In this document: positions 49,563-63,549 of the stretch, piece after piece | Layout: every line of letters starts with the position of its first letter | Numbering within the stretch: position 1 is the stretch's first letter | NCBI GenBank assembly: GCA_028534125.1 | Contig: CM052816.1 | Span: forward strand, 39,434,001-39,498,000 | Direction: 5' to 3' | Source of the DNA: Lama glama | Taxonomy: Eukaryota | Length of the DNA: 64,000 bases | Made by a program: the position numbers and the translations under genes | Notes under the pieces: generated by a model | Told to the model about the DNA's origin: nothing | The model's database searches: none | Seen by the model: only the letters and a program-made list of their open reading frames with translations

Positions 49563-52500
49563 GAGAGCAGCCAAGATGGCAGAATAGAAGGACACTCGTA
49601 GCTCACCCTCTCCCACGAATACAACAAGAGAGACATCCATGGACCCACCCATTCACTCAGAACACCTGCTGAACTCTGACAGAACATTGCCTTCTTCAAA
49701 AGACAGAATTCCTCACAAATTCTGGTAGGACGGAGAAAAAAAAGAAGCTAGTGCAGGACCTGTCCCAGGGGGAGGGAGCAGCAAAGGAGGAATAGCACTC
49801 TTACACTGGGATGCCCCTCTCCAACAGAGAGGTCAGCCAGGACGGAGGGGGAGCCTCCAAGGCTTGGAGTGAAATAGGAGGAAAGGGGGCAGGGCACAAC
49901 CGCTGAAGGAATGACACAGCAATTGAGGAAAGGACAGACTGGTTACAACCAAGACAGTGGGAGATTCAACTTCCAGTAGACCTTGAGTCTCAGGGCACAC
50001 CTACCGGTGCCAAGACAGTTCCTAGGCTGACCATATAAGGTCAAAAAGTAGGTGGGGCGGGTGTTTCCTGGAAATCCCTACCTCTTTCCCAAAATAGTTA
50101 GAATAATCTTCCTACTCACTAGCATATTAAATTACAAATTACCAAGCCCATGAAACCTCACAACTCCGCACCCTGTGCTCACGCTGGCTCTCTTGCCTTC
50201 TGAGATGGCCCACACTCTATGGAGCCTGTACCTACATTTACTTTAAACTGAACACCCACACCTACTGCTTCTCTCCCTCTCACCTTTCTGAGATGGCCCA
50301 AATTCTTCCTATGGAGTGCGTATCTCCTAAGCTGTTTTCCCTTCTGAGTGAGAGGGACCACTCTCTGTGAAGTGTGTATCTCTCCAAATAAACTTGCTTT
50401 CACTTTACTATGCCTGACTCTTAAATTCTTTCCTGTGCGAGGCAAGAACCTATTCTCCCAAAACAGAAGAACTGCACAGCAGCACCTTGGCCAACAGAAC
50501 TGACAGAAACCAGCACAAAGGGTCCCTGGTTGGAAATGTATACTGAACAGAATAGCCTGGGCCCCACATTAAAAAAAAAAAAGAAAGAAAAGAAAAGCAA
50601 CACTGCTGGTGTGCACTGCAGGGAGGGGCACAGCGCGGCTGGGCCGTAGCCACTATCCCCACAGGCCCGCGGCACTGTTGCTGGCTTGTTCTCTGAAGAG
50701 AGGCTGGGCTCAGCCATAGCCCCTATATTCAATGGTGTGTGGCTCCCAGGTGGAGTTCAGGGTGAAACCTGAATTTTTCCCCAGGGGCGCTGCAACTTCA
50801 CAAGCAGGACTGAAATTTGTTTAAAGCCCCAGGAAAAGGGGCTGATTTGCTCCATGGGTGCCTTTGTGGACTTGAGCCTCTACAACAAACGAGCAAGGAG
50901 TAGATTCTGGCATGCAGCGGGTGCAGATGCAGAGTTTGCAGTGGACTCGCCCACTGTACACAGAGGCTGTGCTGGGGAGGGTGCCGACATGGCGGTGTGA
51001 CTGCACGATCGCTACAGGTCTGGGGTCCCTGCAAGCGCAGGCCTCTAGAACAAACGGGGTTCACACAGCAGGGCTGAGGGCAGTAGCAATGTTCTGTGCT
51101 GGGGATGGTGCTGACCCAGGAGCATGCCACAAGCCAGGAAGCAGGAGTAGCAGTTCTGATTTCAGACAAAACAGACTTTAAAACAAAGGCCATAAAGAAA
51201 GATAAAGAGGGACACTGTATAATGATTAAAAGAGCAATACAAGATGAGGACATTATACTCAACATATATGCACCCAATATTAGGGGCACCTAAGAACATA
51301 AAGCAAATGCTAACAGACAAAGGGGAGAGTGATGGGAACACAATCATAGCAGGGGACTTTAACACGATTAACATCATTGAACAGATCTTCTAGACACAAA
51401 ATCAATAAGGCAATGGAGATACTAAATGACATAACAGGACACTTGCACTTGATTGATATTTTGAGGACATTACACCCCTCCAAAACAGAGTATACATTCT
51501 TTTCAGGTGCGCATGGAACATTCCCTGGGATAGATCATGTACTCGGGCACAAAAGAAGTCTCAACAAATTTAAGAGGAAACAAATTACTTCAAGCATCTT
51601 TCTGACCACAGTGCTATGAAAGTAGAAATGAATCACAGAAAAACAGAAAAAAAAAAATGACAGCATGGAGATTAAACAACATGCTATTAAAAAAAACCAC
51701 AAAACCTAATGGATCAATGATGAAATCAAAGAAAAAAATTTAAAAATAATTTAAGACCAATGACAATGACAACATAACCACACAAAATCTATGGGATGCA
51801 GCAAAAGCAGTCCTAAGATGGAAAGTCATAAAGCCTTCCTCAAAAAAGAACAATCTCAAGTAAACAACCTAACCTACCACCCAAAAGGATTACAGAAAGA
51901 GGAGCAAACAAAAGCTAAAGTCAGCAGAAGGAATGAAATAATAAAGATCAGGGAGGAAATAAGTAAAGTAGAAATTAAAAAATAGTAGGAAAAAAAATCA
52001 ATCAAACCAAGAGCTGGTTTTTTGAAAGAGTAAAGAAAACTGAAAAATCTCTGGCCAGGTTCACCAAGAAGAAAAGCCAGAGGACACAAAATTAGAAAGA
52101 AAAATGGAGAAATTACAACCAATACCACAGAAATACAAAAAAACATAAGAGAATACTAACAACTATATGGAAACAAATTGGATAACCTAAAAGAAATGGA
52201 CAAGTTTCTGGAAATGTACAATCCAACAAGACTGAATCAAGAAGAAACAGACCACTTGAACAGATAGATCACTAGAAGTGAAATAGTATCAGCAATAAAA
52301 AAAACCTCTCTACAAACAAAAGTCCAGGACAAAATGGCTTCACTGGAGAATTCTACCAGGCATACAAAGAAGAACACATACTGGTCCTTTTCAAACTTTC
52401 CAAAAGATTGAAGAGTAGGGAACCCTCCCAAACTCATTCTATGAACCCACCATCATCCTGATACCAAAACCAAAGACACTACCAAAAAAGAAAATTACAG

Positions 52501-55039
52501 GATAATATCGGTGATAAACATAGATGCAAAAATCCTCAACAAAACTTTAGAAAACAGAATCCAACAGCACATAAAAAAGATCATACATCATGATCAAGTG
52601 GGGTTTATCCCAGGGACACAAGGATGGGTCAACATATGCAAATCAATCAATGTGACACACCACATCAACAAAAAGACAAAAATCACATGATCATCTCAAT
52701 AGATGCGGAAAAAGCATCTGATAAAATTCAACACCCATTTATGATAAAAACTCTTACCAAAGTTGGTATAGACAGAACATATCTCAACATAATACAAGCT
52801 ATTCATGACAAACTAACAGCCAGCATAATACTCGATGGTAAAAACCTGAAAGCCTTCCCACTAAAATCTGGAACAAGGATGCCCACTCTCACCACTTTTA
52901 TTCAGCATAGTCTTGGAAGTCCTATCCACAGCAATCTGGCAAGAAAAAAAATGTAAGGGACCCAAATGGAAGACAACAGGTAAAATTGTCACTCTATGCA
53001 ATGACATTATGTGTAGAAAACCCTAAAAACTCAACACAAAAACTATTAGAGCTGATAGAAGAATTCAGCAAGGTAGCAGGATGCAAGATTAACATACAAA
53101 AATCAGTTGCATTTCTTTACACTAACAATGAATTAGCAGGAAAAGAAAGTAAAGAAACAATCCCTTTTAAAATCGCATCCAAAACAATAAAATACTTAGG
53201 AATAAATCTGACCAAGGAGTGAAAAACATACATGGAGAACTACAAAATATTGACTAAGGAAATTAAAGATGACTTAAAGAAATGGAAAGATACTCCATGC
53301 TCTTGGATTGGAAGAATTAATATGGTTAAAATGACCATACCACCGAAGGTAAATGACAGATTTAATGGGATTCCCTATCAAATTACCCAGGACAGTTTTA
53401 ACAGAACTGGAACAAATAATCCTAAAATTTATATGGAATCACAAAAGACCCAGAATTGCCAAAGGAATACTGAAAAAGAATGAAGCTGGAAGGATAACTG
53501 TCCCAGACTTCAGAGAATACAGATCTACAGTAATCAAACAGCACGATATTGGCACAAAAACAGACTTCTGGATCAATGGAACAGAATAGAGAGCCCAGAA
53601 ATAAACCCACAGACCTACAGTCAATTAATCCTTGACAAAGGAGACAAGAATATACAATGGAGAAAAGACAGTCTCTTCAGCAAGTGTTATTAGGAAAACT
53701 GGACAGCTACTTGTAAATCAATGAAGTTAGAACACTCCCTTCACACTATGCACAAAAATAAACTCAAAATATCTTAAAGACTTAAATATAAGATGATATG
53801 ATAAACCTCCTAGAAGAAAACATAGGGAAAACACTCTGGCATAAATCTTAACGATGTTCCCTTAGGGCAGTCTACACAGGCAATAGAAATAAAAGCCAGA
53901 ATTAACAAATGGGACCTAATTAAACTTACAAGCTTTTTCACAGCAAAGGAAACCATAAGCAAAAACAAAACGACAACCTACAGAATGGGAGAAAATATTT
54001 GTAAATGATGTGACTGAGGAAGGTTTAATTTCCAGAATATATAAACAGCTCATACAACTTAATAAAAAAAGCCAAACAACCCAATCCAAAAATGGGCTGA
54101 CAACCTAAACAAGCAATTCTCCAATGAAGACATACAAATGGCCAATAGGCACATGAAAAAATGTTAAGTATTGCTAATTATCAGAGAAATGCCAATCAAA
54201 ACTACAATGAGATATCACCTCACAACAGCCAGAATGGCCATTATCTGAAAGTCCAAAATCAATAAATGCTGGAGAGGGTGTAACAAAAAGAACCCTCTGA
54301 CACTTCTGGTGGAAATGTAGTTTGGTGCTGGTATTATGGAAAACAGTATGGGGATTACTCAAAAACTAAAAATAGACTTACCCTATGATCCAGCAATCCC
54401 ACTCCTGGGCATATATCTGGAGGGAACTCTAATTCGAAAAGATACATGCACCTCAGGGTTCATAGTAGCACTATACACAATAGCACCAAGACATGGAAAC
54501 AATCTAAATGTCCACCTACAGATGACTGGATAAAGAAATTGTGGTATATTTACACAGTGGAATACTACTCAGCCATAAAAAAGAATAAAATAACACCATT
54601 TGCAGCAATATGGATGGACCTAGAGATCATCATTCTAAGTGAAGTAAGACAGAAAGATAAAGGAAAATACCATATGATATCACTTGTATGTGGAATCTAA
54701 GAAAAGAAAAAAAGAGGACAGTAATGGACTCATCTACAAAACAGAAACAGACTCGCAGACATAGTAAACAACCTTATGGTTACCAGAGGAAAGAGGGTGG
54801 GAAGGGAAAAATTTGGGAATTTGAGATTTGCAAATAAATGTTAGCCACTACATATGAAAATAGATAAAAAAAATAACAGATTTCTTCTGTATAGCATAGG
54901 GAACTATATTCAATATCTTATGATAACCTTTCATTAAAAAGAATATGAAAATTAATATATGTATGTATATGCATGACTGGGACATTGTATTGTATACCAG
55001 AAACTGACACATTGTCAATGACTATACCTTAATTCAAAA
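49563..55039 (+). mobile_element. TSD-bounded L1 with intact 5' end, ORF1 deleted, decayed ORF2 (about 51135-54700) and 3' UTR
   Basis: TSD aagatagcatgta (49550-49562) / atgatagcatgta (55040-55052), preceded by ttt. YY1-like aagatggc at 49573. ORF2 remnants [47 protein letters not shown] and LPYDPAIPLLGIY. Confidence 0.95.
49870..50465 (+). mobile_element. MER41-like ERV1 solo LTR nested in the L1 5' UTR
   Basis: tg..ca ends and flanks ggag/gaag. The motifs ccatataaggtcaaaaa, aataaacttgctttcactttact and aattctttcctgtgcgaggcaagaacc match MER41 as I recall it. Confidence 0.88.
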
Positions 55040-55083
55040 ATGATAGCATGTAAATAAATGAGCAGGGAACTTTGTGGGTAAAC

Positions 55084-55683
55084 TTTTTATTTAAAGAAAT
55101 TTTTATTGAGGTATAGTTAATGTATGGTATCTAATTTTTAAGTGTACAACATACTGGTTCACAGTTTTTAAAGGTTATGCTCCATTTATAGTTATTATAA
55201 AAATACTGACTATATTACCTGCACTGTAGAATACATCCTTATAGGCTATTTATTTTGTACTTAGTAGTTGGTACTTCTTAATCACTTACCCCTATCCGCT
55301 CCTGCTTCCTTCTCTGTCCTGACTGGTAACCATGAGTTTGTTCTCTGTAAGTTTCCTTTTTGTTGTATTCACTAGTATGATTTATTTTTTAGATTTCTCA
55401 TATAAGTGATGTCACATGATATTTGTCTCTCTGATTTACTTCTCTAAGCACAGATACCCTCCGCGTCCATCCACGTTGTTGCAAATGGCAAAATTTCTTT
55501 TTTTTAATATATGAGTAGTATTCCATGGTGTATATATATATACACCACATCTTCTTTATCCATTCACCTGTTGATGGCCACTTAGGTTGCGTTCCTATCT
55601 TGGCTGCTGTAAATAGTGCTATGAATATTGGGGTCCATGTATCTTTTTGATTAACGTTTTTGGATTTTTTAAACTATATACCA
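55084..55683 (-). mobile_element. L1 3' end fragment
   Basis: tttttattgaggtatagtt ... caccacatcttctttatccattcacctgttgatgg is antisense L1 3' UTR and ORF2 end. Confidence 0.88.
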
Positions 55684-56129
55684 AAATTTTAAGTTTCAAA
55701 AGAAATTTAAGTTATACAAGAAAAATCACCTCATTGTGTTGCCTAATTCATCCTTCAGCACAGACAGCTGTGCCCCATGCATAGCAGAACTCTAGGGGTT
55801 ACCGACATGTAAGTGCTTGTGTTTGAATTCCTATCTGTGTCTGGCTCATCACGAAGGGCATTTTACTCTTGCAGTTTTACTAAAACACCGAAAGCTACTC
55901 CAAGCTTTGTATTAACCTTAACTATCAAGGTAATGATTTCATGAACATTATATTGTCAAATTCCTACTGACAACATCATTACTATGTGGGAGCTTAACTT
56001 TATAAGGAAATGTATTTTGACACTGATACCTTAATTTTTTTTCTTTAAATGATGGGGTTTTACTAAAATATAAAGTATATCACTTGCACTCTCTTAGGTA
56101 CTTATGATTTACAAAATTAATTAAAAAAA

Positions 56130-56267
56130 TTTTTTAAACTGAAGTATAGTTAGGTACAATGTGTCAATTTCTAGTGTACAGCACAAGATGCCAATCATGC
56201 ATATACATACATAATTTGTTTTCATGTTCTTTTTCATTAAAAGTTATCACAAGATACTGAACATAGT
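56130..56267 (-). mobile_element. Short L1 3' end, same family as 9163-9404
   Basis: tgaagtatagttaggtacaatgtgtcaatttctagtgtacagca ... caagatactgaacatagt. Confidence 0.8.
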
Positions 56268-58242
56268 AATAAATGACTTTACTTCAATAAAAAATCTTAT
56301 GCCTACATACTTGGCATATCTGATCAAGTTTCAGAATTGAGCAACTGAAGTAACTATCCATCTTACATATAGAGTAACTGTACTTTGAATTAGTCTCTAA
56401 AGCAGAACTCGGGTAATTAACCACCTTGTTTTTGGAGCACTGCTTTTTTTCAGTATGTTTAGTCTTGAAAGCAGAACTAAAATAAATCATTTTTAGGGTT
56501 TTTCCCTGAAATTGTAGCAGTTAATTAGCAGAATGTAGGACATTTGATGTAGCAGAATACCCGTGCTATGTTAAGGCACATCATTCTATTTACCGCATTT
56601 TCTATCTCTGGAGAAAAACTCTTTACTGTTCACATAAAGCTTTACATTTCACTGTTTAGGTATTTCTCAAACAAGTCTTAAAATTAGGTTTGTATCACTA
56701 TATCCATTTTACTGAGTTGTTCACAACCTTTTTCTTCGTGTCTCCACTGACTTCAGGAAAATGTTCTTTTGGCAATGACTTACGTGGTGGTGAATGAGTA
56801 AGCCAGACTGGTCTAATCTGCACCTCTGACTGCGTGTGTGATTCCCAAGGCAGTGGTGCCGCTGCCCTCCCACTGTAGTGCACGAGGGTTTAGCTCTGAA
56901 ATAAGGTCCCAGAAGTCATGACTTTGACTTCCAGTGTGATGTCCTTTTATCTTTTATCTGCTCTATACATGTCTGGTGGAAAAAAATATGAAAATGTTCC
57001 AATAAATGGGTGTAATTAATTCACTGTACTGTTTTTTTTCTCTCTGATTAAAGTTCCCTTGTCTTTTTCCTCTATGAGAGGTAAGAGGTCGCTGGTTTAG
57101 CTTGTTCAGTGTTCTCCCTTCTAACCCCATTCCTACCTTCACTCAGCCCTGCTCTCCACTTCTCATCAGTCTAGCTGCTCATTTCCTCAGTTCTTTATCT
57201 ATTTGTAAGCTGTATGAACCTAACCCACTGGGTCTAGCTTTGGAGTGGTGTTTATTTCAAGTAAACATGATCCAAAGTCCTATGTTGATTTTGAAATACA
57301 TTACAGTAAGTGAGTTGATCTGTTTTTTTTTTCCAAGAAAACTCAAAGGTGTTGTTTTAGGAATAGTTTTTTAAAAGGTAATAAGAGACCCCTTCTTGTT
57401 TCTTTATGTATAACAGTGAATAAAATATACCATCCTCCTAGACAGAGGATATCTTAACAAAGTACCTCATACTGCATTCAAAATAAGAAAGTCATCAGAA
57501 GATACTGCTTCTGCTGATACCACTCTTGGAGAGTAACTTAAACATCTGAGCACCTGTAACGCTAATTTAGGAAACACCACCTTCCACTGTTTGGCATAAC
57601 CTGCCTCAATCATTTATACCAAGGCCATCCACAGTCATGGCAGTCAGTCACAACTTCTCCTTGTGACTCTAAAAGATACTACAACAGAGCCTCACTGTGC
57701 TAGGCTGTCTCTCGGCAGCAGGGCTCCAGTCTATACTCACAGATGGATTAAAGCATTGCTTACAGCAAATGGCCAGGCCTGTCACAGTATTATGAAAGCA
57801 TTCCATAATCCAGGTACCCAACAATGTAACCACAAAACTTACTAAAATCTCCCCCCATGAACCCAGGAATTCTTTACCTACTTTCCACACCCCAAAGATT
57901 TTCACTATCCAAACTCGAGAAAAGTATCCCTTCACCCTTGTCCTGTGGCCATCTGTTCCCTTTAATCTTGCCCACGGCACTCCATCCTTTCTCATCTGCC
58001 TGTGTACCCGGAATTCCGAGCACTTTTGTTCTCATAACCTTTCTGTCTAAAATATTCTAGGTTACTTTTGTTGTTTCTTTTCCTCTATTTTTCCAAATTG
58101 CACATCAAAAATTCCTTGGTGGTAGGACCCTTCTCAGAAGACTCAAGTAAGAAAACACTAAATGAAAAAAAAGGCAGAACTCTTTTTAGATGATGAGAGA
58201 AGGGCAAAGGGTTAAAAAATGCTATAAAGTGTTCCTATTTAT

Positions 58243-58269
<27 letters not shown>
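58243..58269. repeat. (CA)n microsatellite
   Basis: Directly visible. Confidence 0.95.
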
Positions 58270-58275
<6 letters not shown>

Positions 58276-59794
58276 AAACTTTTGTTCAGTACAGCTGGAC
58301 TTGAGTAAAATGGAGATGGTCATTTGGTGACTTGTGGTCAAGTAAAGGGTCCCACAAGTAGCCCCTCTTTGAGGCCCAGTAGGTATATATTCCGCTAAGG
58401 ACCAGTGCAAGTTACTGACCGGATAAGCAATATTATCATAGTTTTTAATATCCACTAATATATAAAGAAAAGACTAATAACAGGGGACCAATTAATTCAT
58501 TGTTTTTGACATTGTCTCCTAGTGGCATCATGGAGCAAAGACCATGGCTTTGGGGCCATAAAGACTTGGTTTTGAACCTGGTTTATTTCCCTGTATTAGT
58601 TTTAAGTTTCATTTATCTCAGTTTTAAGTAAGGCGTATTCAGCACCTAGTCATGTGGCTGGCACTTACTGCTTACCTGATAGGTAGCACCAATTTTTTTC
58701 TTCCTTTGTTTCTTTTCTGTTAGTTATTATCTATCTATATATGTATCTAACTGTTTATTCAAGGAGGTTATTTTTCTACTATAAAATATGTGTATAGCAA
58801 TAAAGATTTCAAGTTATGACTTATTAAGTGAATTTGCATTTTGTATCTTTAAGAAATCTCAGAAGTCTGAAATATGAAAACTGAACGGAAGGGAGACAGC
58901 TGCTGGTAAAGGATCACATTCAAACATATAAACTTCCACGTCAGTATTATAACTCTAAATACTTAGAAGCTGACAGTGGGACAGCTGAAACTTAAATGAG
59001 AAATGTGTCTAAGGCGATGAATATCTTAAAAACATTAATTAAATCTGCTACTTGGGGCTATGTGATGGAATTTTTATTTAATAAATTCCAAAGGTTAAAA
59101 GCTTTCACATCAGCCAACTAGAAATTTCTAAGCAGGTGAATATACGAGAAGTTTAAAGTCAATTGAACAATGAATATAAAATTAAACTTCATATTTACAC
59201 ACACACATCTTTTACTAGACACACATTTCCTCAAATTATGGAAAATTATTGAATGATTTAAGTTTAGTCAAAAGAGCAGTTGTTGCTTGAAGTAAAGACA
59301 GCCTGCTTACAATCTTAGTAGTAAAACTGCTCTTTTCCTACACTCCAGGTAACCTAAGATATAAATTGTCAATGTGTATATCCTTGCTTCACCTTAACCA
59401 CATACTGCAACTGAATTCTTTAAAACTCATGTTCAATTAGTGAACATTCCAGTTTTTAAAGATGTATATCCAGACAGCCAGGCAAATACCAAATGTGTAC
59501 TTTGAAGTACTTGTGAGTCTTAACAGTTACAGAGATTTTTTTAAGTGTATCAGAAGAAAATAATTTTATAAGTTTTCAAATTTTATTTTTGCTTTTATCT
59601 CTTTATACCAAGAGAGTCTATCTCATAGTGTTACACGCTCACTTTAACATTTCCAAAGATTTCAGGAGAACTAGAATTTCAGGAATTTCAGTTAGGAAAA
59701 AAGTACTGTTTGGTTAATTGGTTAAATTATATATGCTATTAATCATAGTGATGTGTGTGTATATGCATACATATATAAGCTACATCAATTAGAA

Positions 59795-60251
59795 TTACTA
59801 TGATAAATTTTGTCAGATGTACACACCCGTGAAATCACTACTACAATCAAGATACAGAGCATTTCCATCCTCCACATAAAGCTTCCCAGGGCTGTTTACT
59901 GTCTATCTTTCCCACAGCTTCCAGTTTCAGGCAACCAATCATTGACTTTTTGTCATTAGAGATTAATGTGCATTCTCTAGAATTTTATATAAATGGAATT
60001 CCAAAATAAGTTTCAGGATGGCTTTTTATTCACTCAAAATACTAATTTTCATATCAGTCCATGTTGCAGATCAGCAGGGGTTTTTGGTTTTTGATTTTAA
60101 GAAATTACTGAATAGTATTCTATTATGTAGATAGACTAAATGTTTGCTAAACATCTGGTTTCTTTCCCCACCCCCGCTACTGTGAATAAAGCTGCCATGA
60201 ACATTTGTATACAAACTTTTGTGTTTTAATTTCTCTTGAATAAATACTTAG
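59795..60251 (-). mobile_element. Old L1M 3' fragment
   Basis: cattctctagaattttatataaatggaat ... tgtgaataaagctgccatgaacatttgtatacaa. Confidence 0.8.
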
Positions 60252-60252
60252 T

Positions 60253-63200
60253 GCCTTAAAATACAGGAAGCAAAATTTGACAAAATCAAGAGTAGAAAAT
60301 AATGTAGAGTTGAGAGATTTGATATACCATTTTCAATAATTACCAGAACAACTACATAAAACATCAGGAAGTCAAACAACTTCACTTAACTGATCTTTAT
60401 AGAATATCCCACACAAAGGCAGAATAATATACTTTGTTTTCTAAGCACAAGGGAAGTCATTAAGATAGACCATTTGCCAGGCTCTAGAGCATATCTTAAT
60501 AAACTTAAAAGAACTGAAATTACATACAGTGTGTCCTCTGACCACAACAGAATTGAGTTATATAACAGAAACAGAAGGAATTCTGGGAAATTCTCAAGTA
60601 TTTGGCAACCTACACAGTTCTAAATAACCAGTGGGTCAAAGAAAAAATCAAGAAGGAAAATAGAATGTATTTTATATTGAATTAATTAAAAAAATTGAAA
60701 TTTATGGCATGTAGGTAAATCAGTGCTCAGAGGGAAATTTATAGCTTTAAACTTCTATATTAAAAAAAGACAGACCTCAAATTAATAGACAAAGATTCAA
60801 TCTTAAAAACTAAAAGGAAACACATCAATGAACGAACAAATGAAACTAAACAAAAAGCAAGAACATGGAAGGAAATGATACAGTCAGAGTAAAAATCAAT
60901 GAAATAGAAAGAAAAAACAGTATCAATAAGCCAAAAGTTGGTCATCGGTAAGGATTATCAAAATTGATGCATCTTAGCAAGATTGGTCTAGGAAAAGAAG
61001 AAAAAACTACCAAAATCAGAAATGAAAGATGATACATCACTACTGATCTTTGGAATTTTTAAGAATTATATGAGAATATTATGAAAAACCCAGATACCTA
61101 AAATGCTCAGACTGTAGATGCAGATTTACCAAAACTGAATTAAGAAAATAAAATCTGAACACAATAATTACAAATCTTTCTATTAAATAAAGTCCAAAGT
61201 TAGAAAACTTCAGTGGTAAATTCTATCAAATATTTTTAAAAGACAGCTTGAGATACAATTAATCTACAAAATTAAACAGACAATGTTTACAACTTGATGA
61301 ACTTGGGCACATGCAAATACCCATGAAATACCAGCACCATCAAGGTAACAGAGATCCATCACCTCTTCAAATTTTCTAGTGTCCCTTTTTGTGTGTGTGT
61401 TTAAGAGCATTCAACCTGAGATCTACCTTTTTAACAAAATTTTATGTTTTTTTTGAAAAAAATACTATCAGTCCTACAAAAACTTTTCCAAAAATAAAGG
61501 ACAAAGATACACTTTCCAATTCTAAAACTCTAATATTACCTTGATACCAAAGTCAGAAGAAAAAAAAAAAAACTCTAAAAAGCAAAACCACAAACCCATA
61601 TCCCTCATGAACCTGAACCTAAAATCCTTAAGAAGTATTAGCACACTTAATTTGGCAACATATAAAAACTAAAGTCAATCAAGACCTAGTGATATTTTAG
61701 TCTAGGATTTTAAGGTTGGTATAGTATCTGAAAAAATAAATAAAGAGGTAAAAATCATATTAAAAAAAAAGTATGATCACATTAAACACATTCATCACAA
61801 ACACTTTTTTAACCAGATGAAAAGCATCAACAAAAACCCACAGCTAACATCGTAATTAGTGCTGAGAAATGGAGTATTTCTCTCCAAAAAAAACCAAGTT
61901 CTAAAGGCATGCCAATTTGAAAGCGGGAAGTCAAACTTAAGCAGCATGATCTTCTATGCATAAAATCCTAAGAAAACTTAAAATCACTATGTATTAGAAA
62001 TTACTTTACCATTATCTTATGATTCAAGATCAATATATAATAATTGCTTATCTATATACTAGCAATAAACAATTTGAAAATAAAATTAAGAAGACAATTC
62101 CATTTACAATAGTATTAAAAAGAATAAGATACTTAGGAATAAGTTTGTCAAAAAAGTGCAGTCCATATACTACAATGTGTAAAACGATGCTGAGAAAAAT
62201 TAAAGACCACCTAAATAAATGGACAGATATACCTTGCTTATGTGTCAGAAAACTAAATAATGTAAACATGTCTATTCTATTCTAATATGTAGATTTAATA
62301 AAATATCCACAAAACCCCCACAGGCTTATTAATAGAAACTCATAAGTTGATCATAAAATACATATGGAAATGCAAAGTTTCTAGTATAGCCAAATAATAT
62401 CAGAAAAGACGATCAGTTAGTGGACTTTCACTTATTTTCAAACAGTATTATGAAGCTACAGTAATCAAGAGGACATGTTATTTGCGTAAGAGTAAACATT
62501 CAGATCAAGTGAGTAGCATGAATAATCCAGAAACAGACCCTTACCTATGCAACCAATTTATTTTGATAAAGACAAGGTGATGAATAAAGGAAATATTTTC
62601 AAAAATGGTCCTGGTAACGTTGGCTATCCATATAGAAATAATTAACCTTTACCCTTACCTCACACCTTACAAAAATAAACTTGATATGGGTTATAGACCC
62701 AAAAGAGTTACAAAACTTATTAAAGAAAACATAGGAGAAACTTCAAGTGACGTTTAGTTAGACAAGGTGTTCTTAAATATGATGTCAAAAGCACAATCAA
62801 TAAATGAAAAATTCATAGTACTTAACCAAATTATAGATGTTTGCTCTTCAAACATACCAGTAAGAAAATAGTGAAAATGTTTTCAAAGGATGTATCAGAT
62901 AAAGGGCTCTTATCCAAAATGAATACAGCACCCTATGACTCAATAATAAAACCTCATCAGAACAAAAGTGTAAGGTATCTGAATAGGAGCTTTACAATGA
63001 CGATATACAAGCAGCGCAGCGTCCCTCTGCCTTAGGGAAACACATGCCAAACCTGCAGTGCCACCGTTCGGGCAATATGAAGTGAAGCCAAAAGAGATAC
63101 TGCTAAAATGGGTGACATTTTAAAAAGACTAATAGCAAATTTGGCAAGGATGTAAAACTGAAGCATTCATACACTGCAGTCATTTTAGAATAGTTTGGTT

Positions 63201-63535
63201 CTTTCTTAAAAAGTTAGACACACAGTCACTACGTGACCCATATTTTATTACTCAAACAGTAATGCAAACTTCTATGTAAATATTCATTATCCCATTATTC
63301 ATAATACCCCCAAACTGGAAGTCATCCAAATGCTCGTCAGCTGTTTAATGGATAAACAAAAGATGGTATATTCATAAAACAGAATATTCTCAGGGGAAAA
63401 AAAACAAAAAACACCTCTAAGACATGCAGCAACATGGGACAAATCTCAAACAAACCATGCTAAATGAAAGGAGCCAGACAAAAAGGACTATATAATGCAT
63501 GATGTGTTATATTAAATTTATGGAAAAGGCAGTAT
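60253..63535 (+). mobile_element. Old L1M ORF2 to 3' UTR, decayed, with a nested minus-strand L1 3' piece at about 61233-61445
   Basis: ORF remnant YLYTSNKQFENKIKKTIPFTIVLKRIRYLGISL ... KWTDIPC. Confidence 0.88.
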
Positions 63536-63549
63536 GATTTTTCTAGAAA

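Noticed and set aside
51096..54700. L1 ORF2 fragments as an active reverse transcriptase
   Set aside because: The region is broken into many short frames, the RT catalytic motif near 52995 is disrupted, and ORF1 is absent.
59795..63535. Twin-priming inversion of a single L1
   Set aside because: The plus-strand part extends about 280 bp beyond the point where the minus-strand part starts, and no TSD was found. Two separate old elements are more likely.
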